Shown one piece after another: positions 51,830-64,000 of a stretch of DNA of 64,000 nt. Every line of letters starts with the position of its first letter. Positions within the stretch are counted from its first letter, which is position 1. This DNA comes from Monocercomonoides exilis PA203. Taxonomy: Eukaryota > Protista > Preaxostyla. The position numbers and the translations under genes were made by a program. A model generated the notes under the pieces. It was given only the letters and a program-made list of their open reading frames with translations, searched no databases and was not told the DNA's origin. The stretch covers positions 1,426,001-1,490,000 of the forward strand of contig LSRY02000013.1 of the NCBI GenBank assembly GCA_001643675.2, in the 5' to 3' direction.

Positions 51830-53647
51830 TCTAACTCACAATTTGATGATTTTCTGACAAGTTTTCTTTGTGTACACGCTCTTGAATTAATTTCTCTTAT
51901 CTGTTGTTGTTGAATTTCCTTTCTCCAGGAAAATTCAGTTTCCTTTTGTTTTTTGCTCTACATCAGAGAGTTTCAAATTGTTCCAATCGATTGCAATATT
52001 CGTTATCCAGTAAGCTATTTTAAAATATGATGAGAGACATTTGATTCCACTAGAGTGTTTTTCGGAAAATCGAAGCAATAATTTCTTTCAACGTTCAAAA
52101 TACATTCGACTGGAACACAGCATTTGGCTATCTCTTTGTTCAACTCTTCAATCGATTGTTAACTTTTTGAGAAAGATGTTTCAAAACTCGATGATGAAGA
52201 ACTTGCCTCAGACAAACTTGAAGGAGAGGAAAAGCATAGAGATGATGAATGAGAATGTGAAGGCGAGGAAATTAAAGCACATGAAGAATTTGGAGTAACT
52301 GCATTTGATTCCATTGTTAAACTTTGAATTTGCGACTCTGCCTTCATTCTGTAAAATTTATCAGATATATTTTTCTTTATTGATGTAATTAAGCGTAATT
52401 CAGTAAAATGGCCTTGGTAGCCTTTATCACCCATAATTGCCCATCTGTCAATATTTAGCTCATTTGATGTTCTTCTTTTCTCTTCGTCCGTCATTTTCAG
52501 GTTCTCTCCGTATTTGTTCATTCCTTGACGAAATAAGGCCACGTCATGCAAATTTACTTGCTATGCGTTTGAAATAAACAACTCTTTGAAAGAAGGCCAT
52601 GATGATACTGCGACTTCAACTTTCATGCAAATAGCTTTGTGATGGCCATCATAGTAATATTAATTTTCTTCGTATGGAACATCTGGCTTTGGAATTTTGA
52701 TGGTTGTGGAATCTACGAGTAACGCTTCACTTGGAAAATCTTCATTCATTTCCTTTGGAGGTCTTGGAGGGATTGAAAACATCTTTTCCAAGACTGTGAA
52801 CAGAAAAAAATTTATTTCAGCAATGCTTTTGCTCATCAATGTTTGAGAAGTCCCAAGAAACATTGCAATTCTATCCACATTCGTTGAACTGGACAGCCAT
52901 TCCGAATAAATAATAAGTTTGTCATGAACAGCTAAAGATTGTTTTGGTTTTCTTTTTGGACATGATTTCATTTCTGATTTGATCAGATTGCCCAATTCGA
53001 TAATTGTTGATGAGGGAACACGTAAACGTTCATTCCTATCAACAGAAAAATAATTATCGCAAATGAATCCGAATGTAACAGGTTTTTCCTCTTGCTTTTC
53101 TGATTGTGTTTCATATTTCTCAATTTTTTTTATTGGCTCATCATTTCTTTTTTCAAGCAATTTAGAATCTTGCTGTTTTCGTTTTTTCTCAGTTGGTTCA
53201 ATATCAATGTCTTTGTGTATTTTTCTTTTTGTAGTGAACTTGTGAGCTGCCACAATGGGGGAAATCTGATTAGCGATTGGACTATCCATCAGTGAGATGT
53301 GAATTGTCAATTCATTCGTATCAACTCTTTCTATTTCTTTAAGAATAATAGACTCAACGCACGGAGTGTCAACTGTTGATGCTTGCAATGAAGTGGTTGA
53401 CGCAAATGATTCCGATAATACTGACCCGCAGATTGAATGAATATTTGAATGATAGTCATCTGAACTGTTGAATGAATGTATTTGAGAAGCCAAAGGTGAA
53501 CAGCTTTTTGTTTTCACTTTTCAAAAGAACTTGTGAATAAAAGAGAAATAATAAAAAAAATTAACCACACGTATTATCGTCGGTCTCACAAGAATTATGA
53601 AATGAACCGAAGTGCATCGGAAAAGTTTGGTTAGAACTCTGTATCAT
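51830..53647 (-). pseudogene. PIF/Harbinger-ISL2EU (IS5-like, DDE_Tnp_4) transposase remnant
   Basis: HTH-like segment DRIAMFLGTSQTLMS, then LLVDST, YYDGHHKAICMKVEV, HDVALF, IMGDKGYQG and YFERxKK, with several stops and frameshifts. Confidence 0.75.
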
Positions 53648-53769
53648 ATTCCTTTTTTCGCTTGTTTCAATTAATGGGATAAGCTCTTTTTTTGAATTAT
53701 TACCTAATATTGCATAAGGAAAAAAGCAAAGAAATAAACATTTCAAAAATCAAATTGTTTACAAATGGA

Positions 53770-56362
53770 GGCGAGATATCACCTCCCAGAAAATGCAATA
53801 TCGAAAAATCGGATATGTCAAACATTTCTTTATGTTTTGCTACTGTTTTTAAAATTATTTGCAAATAGCGAATCTTCTTCTTTGTTTAAAAAAATATTTT
53901 TTAAGGAAAAAATTTATTATGGGCATTGATCAATCGCGTAATTTGTTCATTTTCATTTCTCATTAAATAGTGAAAAGTTTTATTCAAATACCTTGGTTTG
54001 CTTTTTAGATTTTGTTTCTGTTTCATGAAATATTGCGTGATTATTGAAATCTTTTTTAATCAACAAAAACAATGATGTGATCTTCAAAATTAACAATTTG
54101 AAGCAACGCTATTGTAATGGAAATAAACATAGTCAAATTCATATGAGATGTGTTGTTATTATTATTATCTTTCTTTTATTTTATTAAATAATCTTGAATA
54201 TTCGTTATATTTTTGATAATAACTTGTGTTTCTTTAAACTTCTCTCAATATTGCATAGAATTTAAATCGCAAAGCGTATGCACAGTAAGTAGCAGCGGGA
54301 AGCAGTGCAAAGCTGGGGGAAGCTGGGATTTGAGTGTGAAATGATTTAAAATGTAGTTTTGACATATTAATTGATTATTAGTCAACATAATTGAAAATTG
54401 AGGAAATCGAGATTAGAGAAGTGAGAAGAAAAAGGAGAGAAGAGAGAAAAGAAGAAAAGAAGACAAAGAATGAATATATAGTTATTATTTGTTTTGCTTT
54501 TTTTAATTTATTGTTTTTTGTTAATAAATAAAAAATAAAACATTGAACAGCTCATATTTTTTATTTAATTATTTAGTTTGATAATTGCAAAAATTGTTTA
54601 AAATTTAACAAATAATATAGCTGGATTTCTTTGAAATGTGAATGCATCCAAATATTCTTCCAAGTATTATTTTCTCACTCCATAAGGAGGAAGATATTTT
54701 CTTTCCAAGCTCCACGTGCTTTCAATTCGTTGTGTGTGAGCTTTTGTAATTGGATCAACAAATCTTTTACTGTTGTTAACCGTTTCGTGAAGATAATCTT
54801 TTTCGTTGATTCCGTTATAACCCTTCCAGCAATCTATAAATATCTTTGTCTTTTTTGAAACATGCTCCTCGATTGATGAATGAAGAATTTCATGTATTCT
54901 TTTTTAGACTGGCAATAAAAAAAGCTTTGATTTTTCTTCTTTTTTTTTGGCCTCTCTATTCCACCCAATATCCAATTTTGCCTTTTCCCTCTTCCTCTAT
55001 TGTATTTTCTCGTTGGGAAAACGGCTTCATCAATTTCAACTTCAACATTTTCTCCTCCAATTTTTTTTTATGTTTCTTTTTGAAGAGCGATATTGTCTGT
55101 CCGAAATTTGCAAACATTTTGATAACTGTAATTGGAGATTTTCCAGTAATTAAAAAACAATGTTTTTGAGACATTCCTGTCTTTAAACACAAAGCCATCA
55201 AACAAACACAAGAAATTCTCATTCTTAATTGGCTAAAGTGATTGTTGGTCTTTTTGTTAATTTGTTTGTGTCTACAAACAAATCTTGTTGCATGATCTTC
55301 AAAAACAAACAATTTCATATTTCTTTTGCATTTCCAGCAATATTTGTTTTTTTCCAGTATCTTATTCTCAAACAGCCAGTTCACTGTTTCTTTTTCTGTT
55401 GAAAAGATTCGAAATAACTTCCTAAAGTATATTCTCTATTCTCTTTGATTTTGCATTAGAAAAACTAATTGATTAATTTTTAAATAACAAAGCAAAGGTT
55501 ATGGAAATCTATCCAATTAATTTGCAAAATTTTTAACAATTTTTGCAAATATCAAATTATATAATTATATAAAAAATATGAGATGTTCAATGATATATTT
55601 TTTATTTATTAACAAAAAACAATAAATTATAAAAGCAAAACAAATAATAACTATATATTCATTCTTTGTCTTCTTGTCTTCTTTTCTCTCTTCTCTCCTT
55701 TTTCTTCTCACTTCTCTAATCTCGATTTCCTCAATTTTCAATTATGTTGACTAATAATCAATTAATATGTCAAAACTACATTTTAAATCATTTCACACTC
55801 AAATCCCAGCTTCCCCCAGCTTTGCACTGCTTCCCGCTGCTACTTACTGTGCATACGCTTTGCGATTTAAATTCTATGCAATATTGAGAGAAGTTTAAAG
55901 AAACACAAGTTATTATCAAAAATATAACGAATATTCAAGATTATTTAATAAAATAAAAGAAAGATAATAATAATAACAACACATCTCATATGAATTTGAC
56001 TATGTTTATTTCCATTACAATAGCGTTGCTTCAAATTGTTAATTTTGAAGATCACATCATTGTTTTTGTTGATTAAAAAAGATTTCAATAATCACGCAAT
56101 ATTTCATGAAACAGAAACAAAATCTAAAAAGCAAACCAAGGTATTTGAATAAAACTTTTCACTATTTAATGAGAAATGAAAATGAACAAATTACGCGATT
56201 GATCAATGCCCATAATAAATTTTTTCCTTAAAAAATATTTTTTTAAACAAAGAAGAAGATTCGCTATTTGCAAATAATTTTAAAAACAGTAGCAAAACAT
56301 AAAGAAATGTTTGACATATCCGATTTTTCGATATTGCATTTTCTGGGAGGTGATATCTCGCC
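53770..56362 (-). mobile_element. Merlin element (2593 bp) with ~850-bp TIRs
   Basis: Arms 53770-~54615 and ~55515-56362 begin GGCGAGATATCACCTCCCAG. 8-bp TSD CAAATGGA/CAAATAGA (7/8). Confidence 0.92.
54598..55456 (-). pseudogene. Merlin/ISXO2-like DDE transposase, frameshifted
   Basis: CWKCKRNMKL; IGGENVEVEIDE…RKYNRGR…WILGGIER; IFIDCWKGY; FVDPITKAHTQRIESTW, spread over different frames. Confidence 0.9.
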
Positions 56363-57996
56363 CAAATAGATAACATAGAATAGGGAAATGAATTAATAAA
56401 TGCAAAATTTTAATTTCTTTTATAAAAAAAAAAAAGGTGATTAGAAGGTGATTATATGGGGCAAAATATTTCACTTCAGACATTATCATTGAAAAATTAT
56501 GCACTTTTCTTTGACTTTTTGAGAACAAAAAACATAATAAGAATGGTTCTATTTTTTGACATTCGTGTAACGTTTCAAAACATTTTGCTATTGTGTCAAT
56601 GACGTTTGTTTGCAGCGATGAAAATCTAATTTATTTTGAAATCTGATAAAGCGAAATAAAGTTATAAGTGAATAAATTTTTTTATGCTTTGCGCACTAAA
56701 AGCTTGAAAGAACGTATTTTCCCCCATATAAGAATGAAAACCAAGATTTTTCCATCAACATAGTTGAAACATTTAACAACAGTTCTCTCAAAGAAACGAA
56801 TATCCTAAAAAAGAAAATGGTTTTTGAAAAGAGTATTAGTAGTTGAAAAGATAACATCTGAAATCATACGGAGTTCAGTCACAAAAGAAAATTGATTTAT
56901 CTAATTTGTTAAATATATTCTTCCTCTTTTGAATGTGAACCGTGTTCCTTTTATTACTCAATTAGAAAAACTCTTGCATCTGATGAAAAGTTTGTTGTTT
57001 TCATCTTTCAATTCGTTTTGAAGAAATCTCTCAAATGCATAGACAAACAGCCTTTCTTCCATTATGTTCGCGAATTGAATTTTGTTCTTCAGTAGCATCA
57101 AACCATCAACATTTGCAATGAACCAAACAGTCACGATATTCAGTTCTGCTTTTCAAATTTTTTTTTTCTGCCTGCATCGTTCAGAACAGGTGAATAATAT
57201 GTTAATCCGTTTTCGGTACACAAGTTGCTTTCAATCAAGTCATTTGCACTATTTCAAATTGAGTTTTATCTTGAATCCTTTATAAAAACCTCTAGCATCT
57301 CTGACAAGGTGATTTCCACATCATTGCTAGTCATCCTGTACAGCTCCCATATTTATGTTGTTATTAGTGTCGATCGATTGAGCTTCTTCTGTATTGATTA
57401 TTCTATTGTTTTATACGCCTTTCTTTGTCAAACCGAGCTTTTATTCTTCCTCCACACCTCGTGATCGACTTCTTTGCAGTGACCGCTTATTTGCTCTGGC
57501 AAGCTATCCTCAGATTGAAAGCACTCTTGTTCGTGCTGAATGATGCAGCATGCAGATGGAGGTGTGTGAGTTTGGTGCTTTTGCTCCCTCTTTGTCTCTC
57601 CTGTTCGTTTGTAGCTCATTGCAAATATGCACAACCAATTTTCAAGGGATTATTTTAATGGTGATCAATGTAGAAAAGCTTCTTTGCAAGAGTCTGCAAA
57701 GTGTGTGCAGATTGAATAATGCTATGTGCATTCCCAGCCATGTGAAGCGCAACAATATAAGTGGAAGAGGATGTGCTTTGTATATGAAGAGCTCACATAT
57801 GGTTCCAGCTGTGCAACAGTTTTATTTAACCTGCAATATTTGTGCACAACAATGCAAACTAAACCATCAACTGGAAGTGAACATTGTATGTTTCTTATGA
57901 ACTATCTCTTCACAGATGATCCACTTCACGTTCGAACAAATTACAAAATATCCTCAATCGATTCTATGAAGCGAACAATCATTAACTGATTCATAT

Positions 57997-59239
57997 GTGT
58001 GATTATTTTTGAAATCATAAAAATTTTTCGGGGTGTCGATTTTTCAAACGTTGTTTGTTATTGTGTAAAGACTTTGCGTTGAAATTGTTTAATTATCACA
58101 ACTGCTATCAAAACAAATGTTCAAGCTAAAATAGAGATAAAGATATTTTTCATAAGCCTTTTCACTTTTCAGTATTTTTTGGTTGATTTTCAAAAGATAT
58201 TTTCGAACCGAATTCTCTGAATGGCAAAAATATGATATATAAAATAATTGCCCATATCAGTTCATGTTTTTTGATTAATTCTTTCAAAAAGACATCTGTT
58301 TAAAACAAAATAACGTTTCAGCATGAACAAGTAATCTCGTTAGAATAATGAAATCAGAGTTGTTTATTTCCTCTATTAAAAAATAAAAAGTTTATGAACT
58401 GAGTTCTTGCTTGAATAACGCAGGATAACTCATCTTCATTTCCTTTTCAACGATGAAATTCAGATTGTCTGATACAAAAACGATGAGATGAAGTACTAAC
58501 CATGAAACAGGAATTTGCAAGAATCTGTATTCTCTGAAGTGAAAGATATTTTGCAATAGCCATGAGCAACATGTCAAATATTTTTGTTAAACAAATTATT
58601 GCATTCGGACAAATAAACCGATAGCTATCCTTCCTCTTTTGAAGAAAATGAAGTGCGCAAATTATTCCTATTTTGTTGATTGGAAAGATTTAGAGTGAAA
58701 ACAAAATTTTTGTGTCAAGCGTTTTCCTTTTTGAAACAAACAGAGTTGTTGTGAATTCAATTTCGATTTCTCATTTGCCTGAAACAAACAATTTATGTTT
58801 TGCTTCTTCAACAACATAATAAAGTTCAATAATTGAAAATGAAGAAAAGTAGAATTAACTTTAAAAAACAGAAATATTTATGAATATTCAACGAGAAAAA
58901 TACTGTGTAACAGTTTTAAATGTTGAAAAATAACAACCTTGTGTTTCTATATGAATGATATGTCCCTCATCCATTCGATTATTAATGGGTAATTATTTTT
59001 GTAATCCTAACTTTTATCGGGACGTTGATAATTAAAAAGTTTTTCTGTTCAAACAAGTTAATTTGCAACGAAAAGACAAATGCAATGCAAAATGTTAAAA
59101 AGCCAATGTTTTTGATCAAAAAATGTGATATTCTTCTTGTTAAATGAGTTATTATTTTCTAGTTTTTTTCAACCTTTGAACATGAATATTCAAACTGTAA
59201 TTTTTGTAAGAAAATCTCTAATATCAAAAATAATCACAC
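57997..59239. mobile_element. 1.24-kb non-autonomous Sola-type element with GTG…CAC ends
   Basis: Perfect 16-bp TIR GTGTGATTATTTTTGA. Flanks ATAT/AAAT. The TIR core is shared with the GGGTGATTTTTTTTGA family. Confidence 0.65.
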
Positions 59240-62200
59240 AAATAGAATGGGGAAAATGTGGAAATTGACTCTTTTGAAAAATATTTCCAACTTGTGTTGT
59301 GATCGAAGTTGTTAAAAAAATGATTGTTCAATAAAAAACTTCAAAAACATCGAAATTTTTCACTATTTTTCCATTACAATATCTCTCAATTTTTGATTCG
59401 AATCTTTCATGGTTGATTCGAGAAAGGAGCCATTTATTCGAATAAACTGTCTCTCATTCATTTATAAAGGGGTTTATTTGAAAATTGTCAGATCATTTAA
59501 ACAAAAACTTTATATTCACATTTCATTCAATGAAAAATGGATTTTTTGATTTTTCAATATATTGTTTGAATAAGGCAAAATAATGTGTTTTTTCGAAAAA
59601 AATTGTTTTCTCAAGAGAAAAGAGCATTTAATGAAGATTTTTCAAAAATGTGAAAATTGAAACATTATTATTTTATAAATTCATAAATAGTTATCATTTC
59701 TACAAAGCGAAGTGATATTTTGTGCAATAACAATAAGATATAGTTTCAAATAGTTTAGCAAAAATCGATGATATAATTGCCTAATTTGACTGCATGCAAA
59801 AAATTATTGAATTTTTACTTAATCTGTCTTTCACATGTTTCAAAATAAACCAGATTTTAATAACTGAAAACAGGCGTTGTTTATTTCTACAAAATGTTTT
59901 CTTCCCTCACACATATTTCAAAATGTGAATCCAGTTAATTTGAAAAATTTGATCACAAAAAAATCTTCTGATGTGCTTTATCATTCAATGGAAATACCTG
60001 AAGTTTAACATTTAACTCCATTTTATATAAATGCCATAAATATTATAATAAATAAAATTCATTAGCAAAAATTTTTTTTTATCAAAAAAATTTCCAAATT
60101 AGAAAAAAACACAAAAAAAAAGATGAACCAACAATTTCATATAACATTAATACTCGCAATCAAAGTTTCAAAATTGCTTTTTAACTGGAATCCGATAAGA
60201 AATGACTGATTTTCATACCACATCAAAGAGAAAGCATGAAAAATGAATATTTATGAAATTTTGATAATTATTGATTTTTTTATTTTTTCTATATAAAACA
60301 AAAGGATTAAAAATTTTCCACAAGGAAAATGAAGCTGTTTTAAATAATAATTGATGTAACACTTATTTTTATTTGTATCACAAATCTGATTCGTGAAAAA
60401 AAAATATTTTTGATTTGAACCATTAAAAATGTTCTGATAACTGTAAAATCCAAATAAGATTATATTGCAAGAGCAGCATCGAAAAAGAAAAGACTAGAAC
60501 TACTCTACTCTTTTTTGCGATGAAGATGCAGAAGCAATAGAATTGAAAGCGAGGGCTTGTTCAACTGAAGGAACACCATCAAATCCTCATTTTGCCAGTG
60601 CAGTTCAACGGCCAGATCAAACAAAAAAATTCTGAAGAAAGGCAACACATAAAAGTAGAGTCCGCCAGCATTCCCTTTTTGAACAGTCAGAGCAAAATTA
60701 CTGTCAACAGTGAAGCAGATGTTGATTCCTTTGATAAAACACCACAAACACCGTGCTCAACAACAGAATATTCCTTTGCGTACTCCATCATATTTTCACC
60801 AACATTTTCTTCAATAGTCAATGTGTTTCATTTGCCTTTCCAAGTGAAGCCAAAAAGATTTCATTAATTTCGTCAATTTTCCAAATCCACATTCCATTCC
60901 ATTCCGATTTGCATTCTTCTTTGAATGTGTTTCCATTTTCATTGCAACTTTATCAGATTTGTCGAGAATGCATTGGTTGCATTTTAACATTGAAAAGCAA
61001 TTTTTTGAACATCACTTGAACATCAACCACGTGACATTCTTCACAAGGTATAAATCATTGATACGAAAATTCTATTCAATTGGTTTTCACAATTCTCCAT
61101 CATCTTTTTAAATATTTTAGCACGAGATATTTTGAAGATGCACCATTTTATTTTATTGAAATACACACGATTTTGTCAGAAAAGCGCTGGCTTTGGCGAG
61201 AATTTGTATTGATGGGAATTGCTTGAAGAAAAGATAGCATCATTGAAACACAAGGAAGAGAGCGAAGAAAAAGAAGAAAAAGAAGAAAATTGAAAAGAAA
61301 GTGAAAGGATGAGATTCATGAGAAGAAGAAGAAAGAGATGGAAGCAGGGCCAATGCAGAACGGAAAGCGAGGAGCAAGAGATTGGGAAGGAAGAAGAGGC
61401 GGATGGGGTTATTAGTGTTTTGCAATGAGAATGTTTAGCTGGCAAAGAAGGGCAAATTGTGTTTGTTCTTGTTTGCAGATTAAAATTGATTATTTTGAAT
61501 GATTAAAATTTGAAGAAATGTGAAATATGAGAAATGAAAGAATCAATTTCTATTTTTCATTTATTTTGGAAAATGTATTTTAGAGTTTTAATTACAACAC
61601 ATTAAATTCCTTTTTTTTTATTTATTTGTTTTTTTGCAATCATTTGGAATTTCTTTCTTTCTTTCTTTTCTTTTTTTTAAAGAATATGAGAAGAGAAGGT
61701 TCACATTGCATATTCTCTCAATTGGAACAAAGGATTTCTTGAAAGGCATTTTTTCTTCGAAAAAAAAGCAGATGAGTATTTTTGAATAACAAACATTGGT
61801 TGTTTGCATCAATTGGATAAATATGCAAAATTGAGAAGGAGCAAGAAAGTGGGGGATGAATAAAGCAGAAGAGGTTGTTTGGATGTTTGGAGCAAAGAAG
61901 CAGAAGAAGAGGGAAGAGAAAGAGAGGAAGTGAAGAGAAGAAGAGGGAAGAGAAGAAGAGGAATTGATCGATGAAATGACGTGAAAGTTGGAGGAAAGCT
62001 GTGAAGAGAGAGCAATTGATCAGCAGACAAGTGGAAGAAAGAGAAGGTGAATGAAGAAAGACTCATCATTTTTGAGCAATTGGAAAGGATTCATTTGACA
62101 ATTAGAAAAAACACATTCAACTGGTGATTTTAATATCATTTTTTTTGATGAGAGACTTTCACCTTTTTATAACTTTGCTGGACAGCAATTTCTTTTTGAA

Positions 62201-62497
62201 AAGGTTTTTTTTTTCAATCTTTCATTCAGTTTCATCCTTTTTAAATTTTTTATTTTATTTTATTTTTTGAAGTGAAAGAATTTCATGTGCATCAGCAAAT
62301 ACCGATTCATGCCTGACAAAAACCAAAGAAAGCCACATGCTTTGGATGCGCCCCAGATGTATTTTAAAAGCCCACAAAATGATTTGCTGAAAGAAAGATT
62401 TTTTCAATTTTCCATTTTGATAAAAACCATTATTTATTTCTATTTGATCATCTGGAAAATATTAAATTTTTAAAGTCAAAATTAACATTCATTCCGC

Positions 62498-64000
62498 ATG
62501 AGAATGCTTTTGCTCCTTTTTGCAAGTTTGATTCTTGGGAAGGCATTTGAAGCACAATATGTCTCTGGAAGTGCCAGATTTCAAAACAAAGGTATTCTTT
62601 CGAACTGTTATTTTTTCAATAATTCTCTTTATTTGGGTTCAGGTTATTCTAATGATGCACAACATCTATCAGAGATTGATATCAATTTCTTATTTGAACA
62701 GATTTCATTGTTGGAAGTGAAAAGATTCCAGTCAGGACTTTCTACAGTGAAAAACACATTTTTGGGATTGCACAATTCTACAGTTGGACTGAAAAATGTG
62801 GCAATTGAGCATTCTTCTTCAACATGTGTGCTAATAACAGGCAAATCGACTGTAACAATGGATTCCTGCATCTCTCACCAAAAATCGGAATCTCCGTTTC
62901 TTTTGCAAAGTGGGTCAATCTGTTTCACAAATATGAGTTTGATCCCCCAAAAGAATCTTTGCCCTTCCAGCCTCATATTTTCATCTGATGATTCAAATAT
63001 TGTTATTTTGAGAAATTCCATCGTTGCAGATCTGATTGCTTCATCATCAGACTATTTCCTGCTGTCTGGAAAGAGCAAAAGAGAACAGATTGATCATTGT
63101 GCCTTCAGGAACATGTCAGTGAAATATGACAAGAACAGTGATTGGAACGTGGAACATTCATGTTTGTTGAGTTCAATGGAGAACACCATCATTCATTCTT
63201 CTGTTAATGTATTTGAAGGAGGGATCTCAGGTGGATCCTTTTCTTCAGAGAAATTTGTTTGCAAAAACACATCAATATGCAACGGAAAAAGAGAAGCAAA
63301 TGCTTTGAAGAAAAAAGTGCATATTGATTCAACAGCAAATGAATCATTTTCTTTATGTGAATGGATTGATTGCACAGCCGAACAAGGAGGTGCACTTTAT
63401 GTGCATGACAATGAAAAAGCCATCCTTCGAGTTGAAAATTCGTCATTTACTCGATGCAATGCTTCATCCACAAGAGGCGGAGGAATATATGCATTGAAAA
63501 TTGCTGAATGCATTGTGCTTCATTCATCATTTACTCAATGCACATGTGCTTCATTAAAAGGAGATGGCGGTGGAGGAGGAATTAGGGTGGAGAATGTGTA
63601 TGTGCAATCAATGGTCGACGATTGCTCCTTTCGAAATTGCTCATCCGGCAACGATGGAGGGGCAATGGAAATTCGTCCCACAAATACAAAAAGTCAGAAA
63701 AAATGCATCATCAATTCATTGTTTGATAACTGTCGAAGCAATCACTCAACCAACGGGATCGGAGGTGCGATAGATCATTGGGGTTGCACGGATCAAGTTA
63801 TTTTTTCAAATTGCAAATTCTGTAACTGTTATTCAATGAATGGAGGAGGTGCTGTTGGTATATTAATTAATAGTTACAATAATGGAACATTGTTTTATTT
63901 CTGCTTTTTCCACAACAATTCATGTGTAAAAGGAGGTCATGACATTATGCTTCAAGATTCAACATCAAACAACATTGATTCGACATGCTATTCAACAAGG
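62498..64000 (+). CDS. Secreted/surface Pmp-like beta-helix repeat protein (GGA[ILVM] and FxxC/FxxN repeats), runs off the window
   Basis: Signal peptide MRMLLLLFASLILGKA and GT-AG intron 62592-62642, then an open frame to the end with QGGALY, SFTRC, GGGIY, DGGAM, IGGAI, GGGAV and FHNN. Confidence 0.8.
   Translation, partial: MRMLLLLFASLILGKAFEAQYVSGSARFQNKGILSNCYFFNNSLYLGSGYSNDAQHLSEIDINFLFEQISLLEVKRFQSGLSTVKNTFLGLHNSTVGLKNVAIEHSSSTCVLITGKSTVTMDSCISHQKSESPFLLQSGSICFTNMSLIPQKNLCPSSLIFSSDDSNIVILRNSIVADLIASSSDYFLLSGKSKREQIDHCAFRNMSVKYDKNSDWNVEHSCLLSSMENTIIHSSVNVFEGGISGGSFSSEKFVCKNTSICNGKREANALKKKVHIDSTANESFSLCEWIDCTAEQGGALYVHDNEKAILRVENSSFTRCNASSTRGGGIYALKIAECIVLHSSFTQCTCASLKGDGGGGGIRVENVYVQSMVDDCSFRNCSSGNDGGAMEIRPTNTKSQKKCIINSLFDNCRSNHSTNGIGGAIDHWGCTDQVIFSNCKFCNCYSMNGGGAVGILINSYNNGTLFYFCFFHNNSCVKGGHDIMLQDSTSNNIDSTCYSTR

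Noticed and set aside
56900-57990. Cys/His-containing broken frames suggesting a MULE or hAT transposase remnant
   Set aside because: Motif matches such as HTSICMLHH are too weak and fragmented to assign.

Overview
AT-rich eukaryotic genomic DNA with short GT-AG introns and the standard genetic code. The gene families and composition suggest an anaerobic oxymonad protist such as Monocercomonoides (inference). A small island of host genes lies at 11.5-20 kb: an intron-containing bacterial-type Fe-alcohol/butanol dehydrogenase, a PGPGxY/SHIPPO-repeat axonemal protein and a surface-protein pseudogene. A Pmp-like beta-helix gene runs off the right edge. Most of the rest is mobile DNA. (1) An intact 4.56-kb DIRS-type tyrosine-recombinase retrotransposon (ITRs, ICR, three overlapping ORFs) sits inside a host gene. 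(2) A three-level nest is defined by TIRs and TSDs: Merlin (30904-46000, TSD CAAATTCG) contains a Sola-type element (32081-44859, TSD AATT), which contains a hAT (37558-44714, TSD TTACTATG). The two inner elements carry kilobases of gene-like cargo. (3) A second Merlin has ~850-bp TIRs. (4) There is a Sola-like transposase, pogo DD35D and PIF/Harbinger-like transposase pseudogenes, and two MITE families, one with a fixed ~240-bp length and mixed ends. A short GC-rich multi-helix fold directly after the Sola-like transposase is a candidate structured RNA. All alignments were read by eye.
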